Source: Eledone cirrhosa (Eukaryota). From it: a DNA stretch of 64,000 nucleotides. The position numbers and the translations under genes are program-made. Shown here piece after piece: positions 19,256 to 32,907 of this stretch (the stretch's first letter is position 1; each line of letters opens with the position of its first letter). The DNA lies in contig OZ024755.1 in NCBI GenBank assembly GCA_964016885.1, positions 12,276,001 to 12,340,000 of the forward strand. Direction: 5' to 3'. Under the pieces are notes generated by a model that saw only the letters and a list, made by a program, of their open reading frames with translations, did not search any database and was not told the DNA's origin.

Positions 19256-19291
19256 TCTTCTGATGAAGGACTAGCGTCCGAAACGTTAAGA
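19256..19291 (+). ncRNA. Minimal type I hammerhead ribozyme (family A)
   Basis: TCTT-CTGATGA-A-GGAC tagc GTCC-GAAAC-GTT-AAGA: intact core, 4-bp stem II, palindromic stem III, stem I TCTT/AAGA; lies in a TA-flanked insert 19160-19378. Confidence 0.75.
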
Positions 19292-19613
19292 CCCTCTTCC
19301 TGCTATATCAAGCATTAACCTAATATATCACTTCCATATACTGTACCAATTGTGTTGTTATTTCTGTTTATCTTTCATATATATATATATAGATAGATAG
19401 TTAGATAGATGTGTTTGTGTGTGTGTGTGTGTGTATGCAATGACACAAACTTCTTTTTATTAGCCATCCTCCCCTAAAAGCAGCTCCGTGGTCCCTGTTG
19501 CATAATAATTTTATTTCACTATGTAAGTATTACTTTTTACATGAGACCATTAATTGTTATATAGTAACTACATTATGTACTTGTTTCATTGTTCCATTGA
19601 TATTGTTGTTAAT

Positions 19614-19705
19614 CATTGTATGCCTGGTGATATTATTTTTTTTCTTTGTATGCCTGGTGATATTATTTTTTTTCATTGTATGCCTGCTGCTATTATTTTT
19701 TTCTC
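19614..19705. repeat. 3x ~30-bp tandem repeat ttgtatgcctggtgatattatttttttt
   Basis: Direct inspection. Confidence 0.8.
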
Positions 19706-19824
19706 TTTCTTGAAAGTTCAACTGACAAAGTTAAAATTGAAACTTCATTATACACATATATATTATATATTATATATATTATATATATATTGTATATATA
19801 TATATATATAACATATATATTATC

Positions 19825-19867
<43 letters not shown>

Positions 19868-21077
19868 CATATATATTATCCTGATACATATTATATAATA
19901 TGATATATGTATGTATATATAATTTTATTTATATTTTTTTATTAAATATATAACATTTTATGCTTTTGTATTTGTTATGTCGTGAGGTTTTGCTCAACCT
20001 TAGCACAAATGTTGAGATATATACCAGTAATTAATGTGTGTGTACTTTTGTTTTAGTAAATATTTTCTTTAAGTAATACTATCTTTTATAAGATATCAAC
20101 ATCGTACATTTGTTGATGACTAACTTTAGAAAATAATCTTTGTTTTAAGTATTACCAAAATTACTAACAGATGAGAAAACACCATCAGATTCTTACATAT
20201 CTTATTATCTCTTTATGGCTGTATTTTTAATGAAATACACTCTATTTCAATTAATTAATGAAGAATATTGAAGGATTTACTAAAATTCTAATTATTTCAT
20301 TGCATAGCTATTAATTTAACATATGGTTCTTATATATAATTATGTTGGATGATTTTAATCTAAGACCTCTTTAAAATGGGTGGTTTTGTTTCATAAAACT
20401 AGAGTTAGTTTTTTGGGGTCATGTTGGTATCAAAGGGGTTAAATTTGAAAAATACATAAACAAAAATAAAACATATGACAGAATAGAATTAGAGAGCTAA
20501 CATAAACATTTTAAAAATAACAAACAGACTGGAGCCTGATAAGCTGTTGGAAAATTGCACAAAGAAATGATTCATATATTTTAATCCTTTTGTTTCCATA
20601 TTTTTAATGGAATCCATTAGCCATGTGTTATATTGAATTGTAAATGTTATAATGAATGTGAAGGAATTTAGTAATATGGCTTAACTTTGTCATTAAGCCA
20701 ATGCTTGGATTATTACTTAACAAAAGATTCTTACTCGAAATCATTATGGAAGGTTTCAATTTAAATATGAATATTTTGATACAAGCAGTTCTGTATCATA
20801 AAACCAGGGATAGTATCAAGTCAGTTGGTATAAAAAAAGTTAAAGATTTAATGTAAATTAACCATTTGATGTGAAACATAAGTGCTGATTGTCATTTCTA
20901 ACATATTTTTGCTTTCACTTGCCAAACAACAATGGTTTAGTATTTCTCTGTTGTATTGTGAGAGAGTATGAAGCATGCATATAGAAGTAGTATCTTAGTA
21001 ACTAAAATAATTGAATTAATCTAATGTTTTGGGGAATATTTCAACTAAAGTTACTGAAGTTTATATTTTCCATTTAA

Positions 21078-21298
21078 CCCTTTAGCATTTACATTATTCT
21101 ATATTTACTATTATATTTTCACGGTTAAGGCTTTACCTCACATAATTATCTCACATAATATCGAATCTACGAAATTTTGATATTATTTATTTTGAGAACA
21201 ATACCTTAACATCAGTATGAGTGGCTAGTTACAGCTGGTTTGAACAGAAAGAGGTGAGAGAATTCTGGCCAGATTTGGCTGGTTTAAATGTTAAAGGG
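21078..21298. mobile_element. piggyBac-like MITE (family M2)
   Basis: TTAA flanks on both sides; TIRs CCCTTTAGCATTTA / TAAATGTTAAAGGG; second copy at ~62138-62340. Confidence 0.75.
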
Positions 21299-22041
21299 TT
21301 AATAAATATTAAATGAACAAATCATTTTAAGGTCATTTTCCTTCCAAATGTAGGGGTTAGTCATGTGGACCCATGACAGATTTCATATTGATCATGGGGT
21401 TCCTTCTGAGGCAGTGTTTTACAGCCAGATGCTTGAAACCTTTTAGTTGCCACATCAAATAACAAACCACCATATTTCTAAAATCTAAAGATTTCTTTAA
21501 ATTTGTCAACAATCTTGTACATTGATCTACACACCATTGATCCTGTCTGCAGTATAGTAGAAGTATATTAGATAGTATATTTAAAAATAATTACAGCTAT
21601 ATTACTCATGTTAGATCAGCTATTGATATTCCTTAAATATTTAATTGTATAGATATGAAGAAATTCTAATACCCACTTCATCATCATCATCATCACCATC
21701 ATCATCGTTATCATTTAACATCCATTTTTCCATGTTGAATGGGTCCTAACAGACCAAGTCAATATTGAATCAGGTGGGGGGGGGGGTCTATGTCTCAATA
21801 TTTTGCAGTTTGAGCATAGTTTATACAGCTAGATGCTCTTCCTATCCCCAACCACTTTACAGAGTGTACCAGGAGCAGTTTATTATGGCATCGGCATTAA
21901 ACAAACTACTGTGTCCTTGATAGAACTCCTATATATAAATATATCATCATCATCATCGTTTAACATCCATTCTATATATATATGCATACACACATATATA
22001 TATATATATACACATCATTTAAAATGGATGTTGTATGATGC

Positions 22042-22560
22042 TTTAACCTCCATTTTTATGATGTGTGTATATATATATATATATTTATATTATATATATG
22101 TGGAGGCACATGGCTTAGTGGTTAGAGCATTGGGCTTGCAATTGAAAGGTTGAGAGTTCAATTTAACCTCCATTTTTATGATGTGTGTATATATATATAT
22201 ATTTATATTATATATATGTGGAGCCATATGGCTTAGTGGTTAGAGCATTGGGCTTGCAATTGAAAGGTTGAGAGTTCAATTCTGAGGCCGGGTGATGTGT
22301 TGTTTCCTTGAGCAAGACACTTTATTTCACATTGCCCCAGTTTACTCAGCTGTAGAAATGAGATGATAGGGACTGGTCAATATCATTCCACGTGTAGGCG
22401 CCACGGCAAAAAAGCACCCAGCACTCACTATAAATGAGAGGTTGGTGCTAGGAAGGGCATCCAGCTGTAGAAATCAAGCCAGAATCAGTTCCCGTCCCAC
22501 CCTTGCAAGCAGGGAAAAAGCGGGACGTAAAATGAAATGATGATGATGAAATGATGATGA
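22042..22560 (+). mobile_element. CORE-SINE with a tandem ~119-bp duplication of its head and flank, joined to an RTE-tail SINE 3' end
   Basis: 22042-22160 is repeated at 22161-22280; tggcttagtggttagagc A-box; CORE ccttgagcaagacac; ends ggacgtaaaatga..(tga)n. Confidence 0.75.
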
Positions 22561-22801
22561 TATATATATGTGTATGTATATGTGTGAGTGTGTTCAAAAT
22601 ATTTATAAAATCAATAAACAGCAGTATAATATATTTAAGGGGCATTCCATATGTAAATTAAACTCAATTCTAAACATTATCAGTATCAGTTTCCTAAAAT
22701 ATAGATATTTTACACGATTACTTATGGTAATTGTATAATTATTCAAATATAATTATAACTTAATCAATTATAACAACTTAAAGAGAATGAATTCAACTTG
22801 C

Positions 22802-23314
22802 CATCTCATCATCATCATCTCATCACAGTCATTATTATTATTATCATCATCATCATCATCTCATCACCGTCATTATTATTATCATCATCATCATCATCAT
22901 CTCATCACCGTCATTATTATTATCATCATCATCATCATCATCATCTCATCACCGTCATTATTATTATCATCATCATCATCATCATCATCTCATCACCGTC
23001 ATTATTATTATCATCATCATCATCATCATCATCATCTCATCACCGTCATTATTATTATCATCATCATCATCATCATCATCTCATCACCGTCATTATTATT
23101 ATCATCATCATCATCATCATCATCTCATCACCGTCATTATTATTATCATCATCATCATCATCATCATCTCATCACCGTCATTATTATCATCATCATCATC
23201 ATCATCATCTCATCACCGTCATTATTATCATCATCATCATCATCATCTCATCACCGTCATTATTATCATCATCATCATCATCTCATCACCGTCATTATCA
23301 TCATCATCATCATC
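22802..23314. repeat. Minisatellite ctcatcaccgtc(att)n(atc)n, ~13 units of variable length
   Basis: Direct inspection; a related (ATC)n array continues at 23505-23745. Confidence 0.9.
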
Positions 23315-23315
23315 A

Positions 23316-23505
23316 AAGGCGGTGGATTGGCAGTATTGGTAGAGTGTCGGATGCCATGCTTTGGCGCATAGAGTTACGGCCCTTGCCATTCTGAGTTCAA
23401 ATCCCGCCGAGGTTCACTTTGCCTTTCATCCTTACGGGGTCGATAAAATAAAGTACCAGTAATGTACTGGGTAATTGCTGGCCTTGTGCCTAACGTAGAA
23501 ACAAT
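23316..23505 (+). mobile_element. SINE family S1, near full length, inserted in the ATC array
   Basis: ggcggtggattggcag head, ttctgagttcaaatccc B-box, gcctttcatccttacggggtcgataaaataaagtaccag core. Confidence 0.85.
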
Positions 23506-24632
23506 TATTATCATCATCATCATCATCTCATCACTGTCATCATCATCATCATCATCATCTCATCACCGTCATCATTATCATCATCATCACCACCATCTCA
23601 TCATCATCACCATCATCTCATCATCATCATCATCATCATCATCATCACCGTCATCATCATCATCATCATCACCACCATCTCATCATCATCACCATCATCT
23701 CATCATCATCATCATCATCATCTCATCACCGTCATCATTATCATCATTTTTACATTGAGTTTTCCATGCTGACAGGACGTTTTGAGGCAATGTTTTTTTA
23801 CAGCCAGATGCCCTCCCTCACTGTAACTGCTTTAGTCCCTTCTTACAACCCATAGAGATATAGTGTACCCATTCTAAAGCAGCTACACAACATACTATAA
23901 ATGCTTGAATTAACAAACAATTTTTTTTCTGCTAAATTAATACATGATTAATACATGAGTTAAAATGCATAAAGCTCATATAAGTTAGTTGAATGATTAA
24001 GTAAAATTTAAGTGAAGAAGAAATGTAAATATTAGTAGCTTTGTATCATTGACAAAATGATTCTAGTGTTCACTACAACCATTATAGATGACATTTTCAT
24101 AGAAGAGAAAGATACATATTTCTATTATTATACATTTAATATAATATCATCATCATCATCATTTCATGACCATGGGTTGGCTAGGACATCATCATTTTAT
24201 GCTGATATGTATGGGTTGGTTAGAGCATTATAAACCAAGTCAATAATTTATAGGAGATACAATCCACATAGACAAGTTGGGTCAACACATCTTGCTAAAA
24301 AGCAAAAAAAACTTCCATTTTTTTTGTCATCTCCATCTACAGCATACTCACATAAACTGTTAAACTTAGTTATCATTATCATCATCATCATGAATTAACG
24401 TCCATTTTCCCTGCTAGCAAGAGTTGGCCATGAATTTTAATAAGCTTACAGAGAGCAGTGAATAGATAGATGTGCAAGGTAGAGAATGTTTTTTGGTTTT
24501 TTTTCACACTTAAATGACTTCCTCATATATGTAATGTAGTGGGAATGTGACCTGAATTTAACTCTATACTTATAGCACAGTATCATTTAAATTCAGTTGT
24601 GCACACATAATACATATATACATACATGCATA

Positions 24633-24664
<32 letters not shown>

Positions 24665-24834
24665 GAGTGTGTGTGTCTTTTATTCTTTAACTGGTTTCAG
24701 TCATTAGACTGTTCCTATTTTGAAGTACCGCCTTTAAGGGTTTTAGTGGATAATATCAATCTGAATACTTATTTCATTATCAAACCACCAAGTTATTGGA
24801 TATAAACAAGCTGTAAATGTGAACACAGACATGT

Positions 24835-24837
<3 letters not shown>

Positions 24838-24897
<60 letters not shown>

Positions 24898-25270
24898 TAT
24901 AGATACATACACACACCACACACACACACACATATAGATACACACACCACACACACACACACCACACACACACACATATAGATACATACACACACCACAC
25001 ACACACACAACACACACACACACATATAGATACATACACACACCACACATATAGATACATACACACACCACACACATATAGATACATACACACACCACAC
25101 ACACACACACATATAGATACATACACACACCACACACACACACATATAGATACATACACACACCACACACATATAGATACATACACACACCACACACACA
25201 TATAGATACATACACATACCACACACACACACATATAGATACATACACACACATATATATATATATATGT
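24838..25270. repeat. (CA)n-derived minisatellite with a catatagatacatacacacac unit
   Basis: Direct inspection, ~11 units. Confidence 0.9.
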
Positions 25271-25399
25271 ATATATTTATGAGGAGCTTTCACATGATTT
25301 GCATCTAGCAAACTTCAGTCACAAGCCATAAGTCAGCTCTGGTCAACCTAGCATTCATTCAATAAATACATTGAAGCAGATATGTAACATCAAACTGCC

Positions 25400-26460
25400 G
25401 TTCAAAAAACATCTTCAACATTAACATGACATTTACCATAACTTCAAAAAAGCATTTAATCATGTCTGACATGAAAGTTTGTGACAGATGATGAAGAATA
25501 ATAACTTGATAAGCAACCAGCCTTATTCAAGCTCTGTACAAAAACATGTACCGCTGTTCTCCTGAATAACAACAGGATTAGAAACTTCTTCAAAACAACA
25601 GTAGGAGTTTAACATGGAATGTCTCTGCCTTTCAGTGCTTTGGAACATCTTCCTGGATATATAAAAGAAGATATCGTACAGGAGACACTGTTTTCCACAC
25701 CCAGATTTCCATCATAGGGTGGCCCCTTTCCAAGCTAATGGGATTCTGTGAATCAGAATTCCAGGAACTCAGCACCAGGCTGAAAAGAGTCTCAGGGGTG
25801 GGGGGTGAAATAAAGGCCAGTTCAGTAACGGACAAAATACCTTGAAATAATCTCAATCAGAATGTAGTGACTGGTGTCATGCTGAACAGAGAAAAAATTG
25901 GAGTGGACAACATTAAATGCTTAAATCTCTTATTGAGCTTCTGTCATTTGACCAATGACAACAGCTTAAAAAAGGAGATAAAAGCAAGAATCAGTTTGAT
26001 CTCATTTGCTCTGACAAAGCTGAGTGTCATATGGAAAACAAAACTGTCCAATCAATTTTTCCATGAAGCTCAAACTGCACATGCCCCTGGTGACTTTGAT
26101 ATTTCTTCATGTGTGTAACTATTGGGCACTTCAGTGATATGGAATAAACAATCCAGACATTTAGGCAGAAGTACTTCTCAAGGCTTCTACACATCTCATA
26201 CACAGAGTACAATACAACCAGTTTTGTCAGGTAGTAAGTCACTAAATATACTAGTAGACAAGAACCAATCCTTGCATCAATAAAAAGGTGAAAACTCACC
26301 TGGTACAGACATGTATCTCACCACAACTCCCTGTTGAAAACCATTCTCCTGGACACAGTGGAATAAACATGAATACTTTAACAACATCAAGGAGTGAACA
26401 ACACTTCCATGTGTGATGTAGAGCAGAAATTAGTAGGGATTGCTGACTGCTAGAACTTTC
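25400..26460 (+). mobile_element. Degenerate RTE/BovB-like LINE RT fragment
   Basis: Interrupted peptides FKKAFNHV, FFKTTVGV, KKEIKARISL..LTKLSVIWK and KLTWYRHVSHHNSLLKTILL, typical of RTE RT and C-terminal regions. Confidence 0.7.
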
Positions 26461-26682
26461 AGAGTGGCATCACAACTATTAGCTACACCTTCTATGGGAA
26501 CAATTATAAAGATAGACACAGATATATGCAACCATGTAGGTTAGGTGCAGTCTTACTGTGTGGTGCTTGGGGCAAGTGCCTTCTAGTATAGTTTTGGTTT
26601 GACCAATGCCTTATGAGGCGAAATTTTATAGACAAAAATTCTACAAAAGCTCTTTGTGTGTATATGTGTATATATATATATA

Positions 26683-26780
26683 GTAATAAAAAAATAATAA
26701 ATTTGAAGACTAAAATCCAAAGAGGGCTCGATAAGGATAAATATATATCAAATATATAGGAACCGTAGAGCATTTTAATA
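26683..26780. mobile_element. TA-embedded short dispersed insert (family G)
   Basis: aataaatttgaagactaaaatccaaagagggctcgataagga..gaaccgtagagcat is nearly identical at 63568-63642 and related to 39038-39087. Confidence 0.7.
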
Positions 26781-28059
26781 AATATATATATATATATATA
26801 TAATGTGAGCGTTTGTGTTTGTATATTTGTATATGTGTGGATATGTCCATATCTGTTTAGATTTAGTGTTTATTTATGCCCTGTAACTGAGAAGTTTGAC
26901 AAAAAGGGTTTGATAAAATCAGTACTAGACCTGAAAGAAATAAAGCCAGGTGTTGATCATATTTACTATATTCCTTCAAGGTGCTGCCAGAGCATGGCTA
27001 CAATCTAATGACTGAGGCTCATGAAGGAATATATACATACATATATCTTTTTTTCTCTCTCTCTCTCACTTACTCACTCTCTCACTCACTCTCTCTCTCT
27101 CTATATATATATATATAAATATATATAAATATATATATATACTGTATATACTGTTGTAAAAAGCATGCCAAAAGAGTTGACTGGCCTCTTCAGCCATACC
27201 ATAGATATAACAACTTCTCTAGTGGCTGCTGCCATGAAAAATGCACCCAGTATACTCTGTAAAGTGGTTGACATTAGTAAAAGCATCGAACCATAGAAAA
27301 TTGTCAAACAATGGATTGAAAGGATTCTTTAGTTGCGTCAAGGGCACAACAGCCTCCTTAGCACAAGTTCCACAATAAAATCCACATGGTACATTTTGTG
27401 GAGTGCAGAAATATATGTTAGTAAGGTGCGACCTCCACCCACCTTCAACACACTTGTGAGGTCAGTAGCTCCAGTTAAGTACTGACATGCTCTGTGACAA
27501 GTAGCCAATCCTTTCTAGAAGAGAAAACAGATGTTAAATGATGATGATGATGATGATATATTATATAGGAATTATATCTTGATGATACTACTTAGCTACA
27601 GTAAGCTTTAAATACAATATACAAGTAGGCTAAAGACAACAACATGCAATTAATGTTAGAAAATATCAAGCCCTCTGCTATCAACCTGTAAACAATCCTG
27701 TTGAAACAAAGATACATTGTATCAGAGTCAAAACCACTGTGTTACCAGGGGATCAAAATGAGCAGTGATGCATCATTTTATGCCTTTATTACCAATATGG
27801 CATCAATGTGCAGATGGCTGACCAGATAGATTCTGAGATCATTCAGAACAAGAGAGTAGAAAACCAAATGGGACCTGTGGAGGACATTTGTCCTCAGCTG
27901 TTTGGATTATTGCTCTTAACTATGGTCACTCTACAGTATTAAAATATGGCACACATGGCAATCTAATGATGCTACACTCAGATGATAGCCTTGGTGACTC
28001 CCTGGAGTAAAAATGGGAATATATATATATATACATAGATGACGACACGATATATATAT

Positions 28060-28260
28060 AGGAGACATGGTGAAAAGGCTCCTAGTCCACACTGTAAATG
28101 TGGTTGGTGTTAGGAAGGGCATCTGGCTGTAAAAAAAAACTGCCAGAGACGCTTCCGTGAGAGCAAGACATGGTCTCCTGACCATTCCCACATCAAATGG
28201 AACAAAACCATCTAACCCATGCTAGTGTGGAAGATGGATGTTAAACAATGATGATGATAG
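28060..28260 (+). mobile_element. RTE-tail SINE 3' part (family S3)
   Basis: gtggttggtgttaggaagggcatc...aacccatgctagtgtggaagatggatgttaaacaatgatgatga. Confidence 0.75.
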
Positions 28261-28321
28261 ATGATCCTGGAAGGGATACCACCAAACATTGGCATCAAGA
28301 GCTACTTCAACCCCCAAAGAG

Positions 28322-28450
28322 AACGACGATGGATAGGAGTTGGTGGATGTCAGTGGTGGTGAGCCCAAAGCAGTGTAGGTCGGTGGATTGGACGCGTTCC
28401 ATCAGTATATTGACAGCCGGGAGTGCCGGGACCGAGGTGTAAAGAGCGAT
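28322..28450 (-). pseudogene. Fragment of Penelope-like element reverse transcriptase
   Basis: Minus frame reads IALYTSVPALPAVNILMERVQSTDLHCFGLTTTDIHQLLSIVV, resembling the PLE RT segment (DV)xSLYTxIP...DIxxLL; GC-rich island in AT-rich DNA; not in the ORF track. Confidence 0.65.
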
Positions 28451-28483
28451 ACTTGGGGTCCTGAATCCTTCACATATATATAT

Positions 28484-28526
<43 letters not shown>

Positions 28527-28587
28527 GTGAGGTTTTTTTTTACAAAATGAAAAATAACCGAGGTGTCCTACACGAGTGAAAGTATAA

Positions 28588-28789
28588 AGAAAAAAAGATG
28601 AAATCGAAAATGCAACTGGAGTCTTATTTTAAAAAAAATATATATATTTATTTGGTTCCTTTACCGGTTTCGCAGTTCTTCTGCTTTTCAAAAGTAGAGG
28701 AAACGGAAGTAGGTAAAGGAACCAAATAAATATATATATTTTTTTTAAAATAAGACTCCAGTTGCATTTTCGATTTCATCTTTTTTTCT
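28588..28789. mobile_element. TA-embedded palindromic insert (~78-bp arms) with a U3-A8 variant HHR at 28659-28694 on the minus strand (family B)
   Basis: Arms 28588-28665 and 28712-28789; minus strand CTT-TTGAAAA-GCAG aagaa CTGC-GAAA-CCGG-TA-AAG. Confidence 0.7.
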
Positions 28790-29007
28790 ATATATATATA
28801 TATATTTATATATATTACAGGTACCAGTTTTTTGTTGGCAGCTACCAGTTATTGTATTGTAGGGTGGGTGTGCATATACAAAAAGGATATGGTGACTCAC
28901 CAATAGTCAATTGGACTGCGTACCTCTAATATTTAGTAATATCAATTGTGATATCAAATGAGATAAATTAATCGAATATAGGTAATCCACAAACTTTTAA
29001 ATCTACT

Positions 29008-29450
<443 letters not shown>

Positions 29451-29657
29451 AATACGCTTATCTAGTTTCTCTAAAATAAAAGACAACGAAGAACTCAAAT
29501 ATAATCAGTTTTTCTCCCTAAAATTCAACGAATTTATTTTAGCTAAATTTAAAATATTTACAAACTGTTTTTTCCTTCATTCGGCCTTGTGGTTATAAAT
29601 AATGATGGAATACAGTGATGTATTTATCAAGTGGCTATGATATAAAACTCTTAAATA

Positions 29658-30650
29658 TTAACCTTTTTGCAACCATATTTCTAATGAAATATACTGTCTA
29701 TGTGTTTCAAATAATTTTGAAAATAATCAAAAAATTGGTGGGATTTAGTAAAATCACCAACTTTTTCATTGCTTTGTTGGTGTTTAGAATATAACAAATG
29801 ACATTACATAAAATAAAAATGGAAGGTTTTATATAAGCAGAAACATTTTAAAACAAACAATTGTGTGTCATAGAACCAAGGGCAGTTCCTGGCTGTTTGG
29901 AATCAAAAGGATTAGATAATATTCCCTTTGTTACCATATTTTTAATTCCAATGTGTTTCAATACAAAATTCAGAGGAATTTAATAAAATATATATATATT
30001 ACCTTATTAAACGGATGTTTGAAATATTACATCACAAAAATGTTTAAATAAAGTTATGATGAAGGGTTTTAATATAAGTATTAACATATTAAAACAGATA
30101 GCTTTGAATAATAAATCCAGGGGTATTTTTATGGGTAGTGACTATCAAAAGGGTTAAATAATGTCATGAATAAGATTGATATTTATAAATCAGTCATAAA
30201 TATCACTTTTTGAAATAAAAACATTTCTTTATTGGAACAGCTATAATTGAAATAATTATTGGAAAAATTGACAAGAATTTAAATTTAACATCATTATCTT
30301 TTACCAAAATTATGTTCCCATTCATGTCAAGCTTCTGTTAATAGATAAAGCTGCTTTGGGTTGTTTTCTATCATTGATTAGAAAATTTAAGTCTCATTAA
30401 CCTGTTTGATATCAACTTGTCTGAAACAGCCCCTGGTTCTATGATACAAAGATGTTTGTTTTAAAGCATTTATATTCATCTAAAACCTTTCCATTATAAT
30501 TTTATGTAAGAACCTTTGTTAAAATAATCTCCAAACACCAACTTAATAATGAAAAATATAATATAATATTATACTAAATCTTTCGATATTCTTCATTATT
30601 TTCAAAATTATTTGAAAACCATAGGCAGTGTCTTTCATTAGAATGGATTA
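29658..30650. mobile_element. Cluster of three ~250-bp TTAA-flanked MITE copies (family M1; two on +, one on -)
   Basis: ttaaccttttt..ccatatttctaatgaaat...tcatagaacca...tatcaaaagggttaa; further copies near 5220, 20205, 20581, 31137, 38070, 43510, 49193 and 61330. Confidence 0.65.
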
Positions 30651-31960
30651 ATCTAAAATCTTAGAAGTAAATCCTACTACTCAAAACATTACTGGTGTCC
30701 TTTGAATCTATTTGTATTTTAATGTTTATGAAATTCAACAACTTAGTCAGCTTTCCATTTTCAGGTGGCAAATTAGAACAGTTGTTAGGGCACCAGATTA
30801 AAAAGCTCAATATATCAAACTAAGGTCAACTTTGCCATTCATTGTTTTAAGGGTCAGTAAATAAAGTAATAATTCAAGGGTGATGGATTTACCGAATTGT
30901 TAAAAAGTCAAAGATGATGCTTTATGGTATCTGATCCAGCTCTGTGTATTCTGAATTCAAATCTCACCCCTTTTTACTAGAAAAGCAGTGATATTTCTAC
31001 CAGGACTTGTGACTGGTAGAAAGTGTCAACAATCGAAATATCAATGAAAATATTGTTTCCTTAGTTTGATCTGATGATCACTTCATTTCTTTTCCTGCTT
31101 TTCCATTTTTATTCACCTATGGATTCAAAAATTTGTTAACCCTTTCATTGCCATATCTATAATGAAATATGCAGTACTTGAATTAAATTAATGAAGAATT
31201 TGGAAGGATTTACTAAAATTATTAATTATTATTAAGGCGGTATTTGTAACATTAATTAACAAAAATTTGTCATACTAAGTAATTTAAGTAAGAACCCTTT
31301 AGAAAGGGTGGTTTTGTTTCATAGAACCAAAGGTAGTGTGGGGTGGAATGAGTGAAATTTTCTTTCATTTCATAAGTTATAATAATTTATCTCAGATTGA
31401 CATATATTCGAAAATTTATATTCAAAATATTTTCAAAATATTTTACTGAAAGAAAAGTCGATTAACATTTTCAGGACTATATTTCTAATGAATAGACTAC
31501 CTATGTGGTTCAATTAATTTATGATATTATCAGATTTCAGTATGCTTTCATAAAATATCTGTAATTATATATAATTATTATGATGCTACTATTGATAAAT
31601 TTAAATTTCATGATATAATACATATAATTAGTGAGATATTATAATTTAAATATGAACATTTTAGTACAAGATGTCTCAAGTGGCTTGGTAATAAATGGGT
31701 TAATAAAAGTAGTTTTATAAATTTATCATGGCTTGCTTTAAGTATTTCAGTGAAAAGAATAATTATTAACAATGAAATGTAAAAAGAAATCACCTTATCT
31801 GGAAATAGATATTATCATAAAGATATAATAAATATTAAAATGGATATTATCAACAACCATTAATAATAATGATAATTTATATGTATATATATAAATATGT
31901 ATATATATATATATATATATATATGAATATATATATATATATATATATATAAATATATAC

Positions 31961-32422
31961 GTTATTCCGGGTTGAGTCGGAGGTAACCACAGTAAGTAAG
32001 GTACTCAATACATTGCAGAGTATAAGAGTTTTAATATAGATGAGATTCTACAGGACTAGAACTGTTTCATTCTTTAGAAATCATCTGGAATCTGGGTATC
32101 AAAAAATAAGTATGGTATTTATAGGTCTCTTCGGGTGGTAGGAGAGGGTAGGGAGTGGGATGGGTGTAGGTCATTGGTTGATAGAAAAGGGAATTCATTA
32201 AAAGCTAATTCTTCAAAGCTATAGTTTATTTTTATATCTAAAAATAAACTATAGCTTTGAAGAATTAGCTTTTAATGAATTCCCTTTTCTATCAACCAAT
32301 GACCTACACCCATCCCACTCCCTACCCTCTCCTACCACCCGAAGAGACCTATAAATACCATACTTATTTTTTGATACCCAGATTCTTGATGATTTCTAAA
32401 GAATGAAACAGTTCTAGTGCTG

Positions 32423-32424
<2 letters not shown>
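31961..32424. mobile_element. TA-embedded insert with a near-perfect palindrome (32049-32424, 186-bp arms), each arm carrying an HHR fold (family C)
   Basis: 4-nt loop tatc at 32235-32238; minus 32043-32093 reads AGATTC-CAGATGA-TTTCTAAAGAAT-GAA-ACAG ttctagtc CTGT-A-GAATCT; plus copy at 32380-32424. Confidence 0.8.
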
Positions 32425-32454
<30 letters not shown>

Positions 32455-32600
32455 AAGAGAAAAAGATGAAATCGAAAATGCAACTGGGGTCTAATTTTTA
32501 AAAAAATATATATATTTATTTGGTTCCTTAACCGGTTTCACAGTTCTTCTGCTTTTCAAAAGTAGAGTTGAGATGGAGGGTCTGTGGTTTTTCTCACACA
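32455..32600 (-). mobile_element. Second family B insert with U3-A8 HHR (~32527-32562)
   Basis: Close match to 28588-28700; minus strand CTT-TTGAAAA-GCAG aagaa CTGT-GAAA-CCGG-TT-AAG. Confidence 0.7.
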
Positions 32601-32694
32601 TATATATAGTCTAAGGTCAAACCAGAGTCAACATATATATGTACATATATATATATATAGAGAGAGAGAGAGTTTATATATATATATATATATA

Positions 32695-32875
32695 TCATCA
32701 TCGTTTAACGTGTATTTTCCACTCTAGCATGGGTTAGACGGGAATTGTCCCACTTGAGGCAAGATTGATCGGGTGACTGTGTCTCGCTTGTATAGGACTA
32801 TCTGGCAGGTTTTCTACAACTGGATGCCCTTCCTAACACCAACCACATTTACAGTGTGGACTGGGAGCTTTTTAC
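32695..32875 (-). mobile_element. RTE-tail SINE family S3
   Basis: (cat)n cgtttaacg..gcatgggtt..cccacttgaggcaag..ggatgcccttcctaacaccaaccac; also at 51038-51540, 53030-53156 and 63060-63313. Confidence 0.8.
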
Positions 32876-32907
32876 TCGTTTGACCTTAAACTATATATAT
32901 TGTTTAA

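Noticed and set aside
22099-22290. tRNA genes suggested by A/B-box sequences (also 23316, 36900, 54706, 61655)
   Set aside because: Followed by SINE core domains and tails, some with TSDs; no complete cloverleaf, so these are SINE heads.
22787-23758. His/Ser/Ile-rich ORFs
   Set aside because: (ATC)n-based minisatellite running into a SINE; no coding signal.
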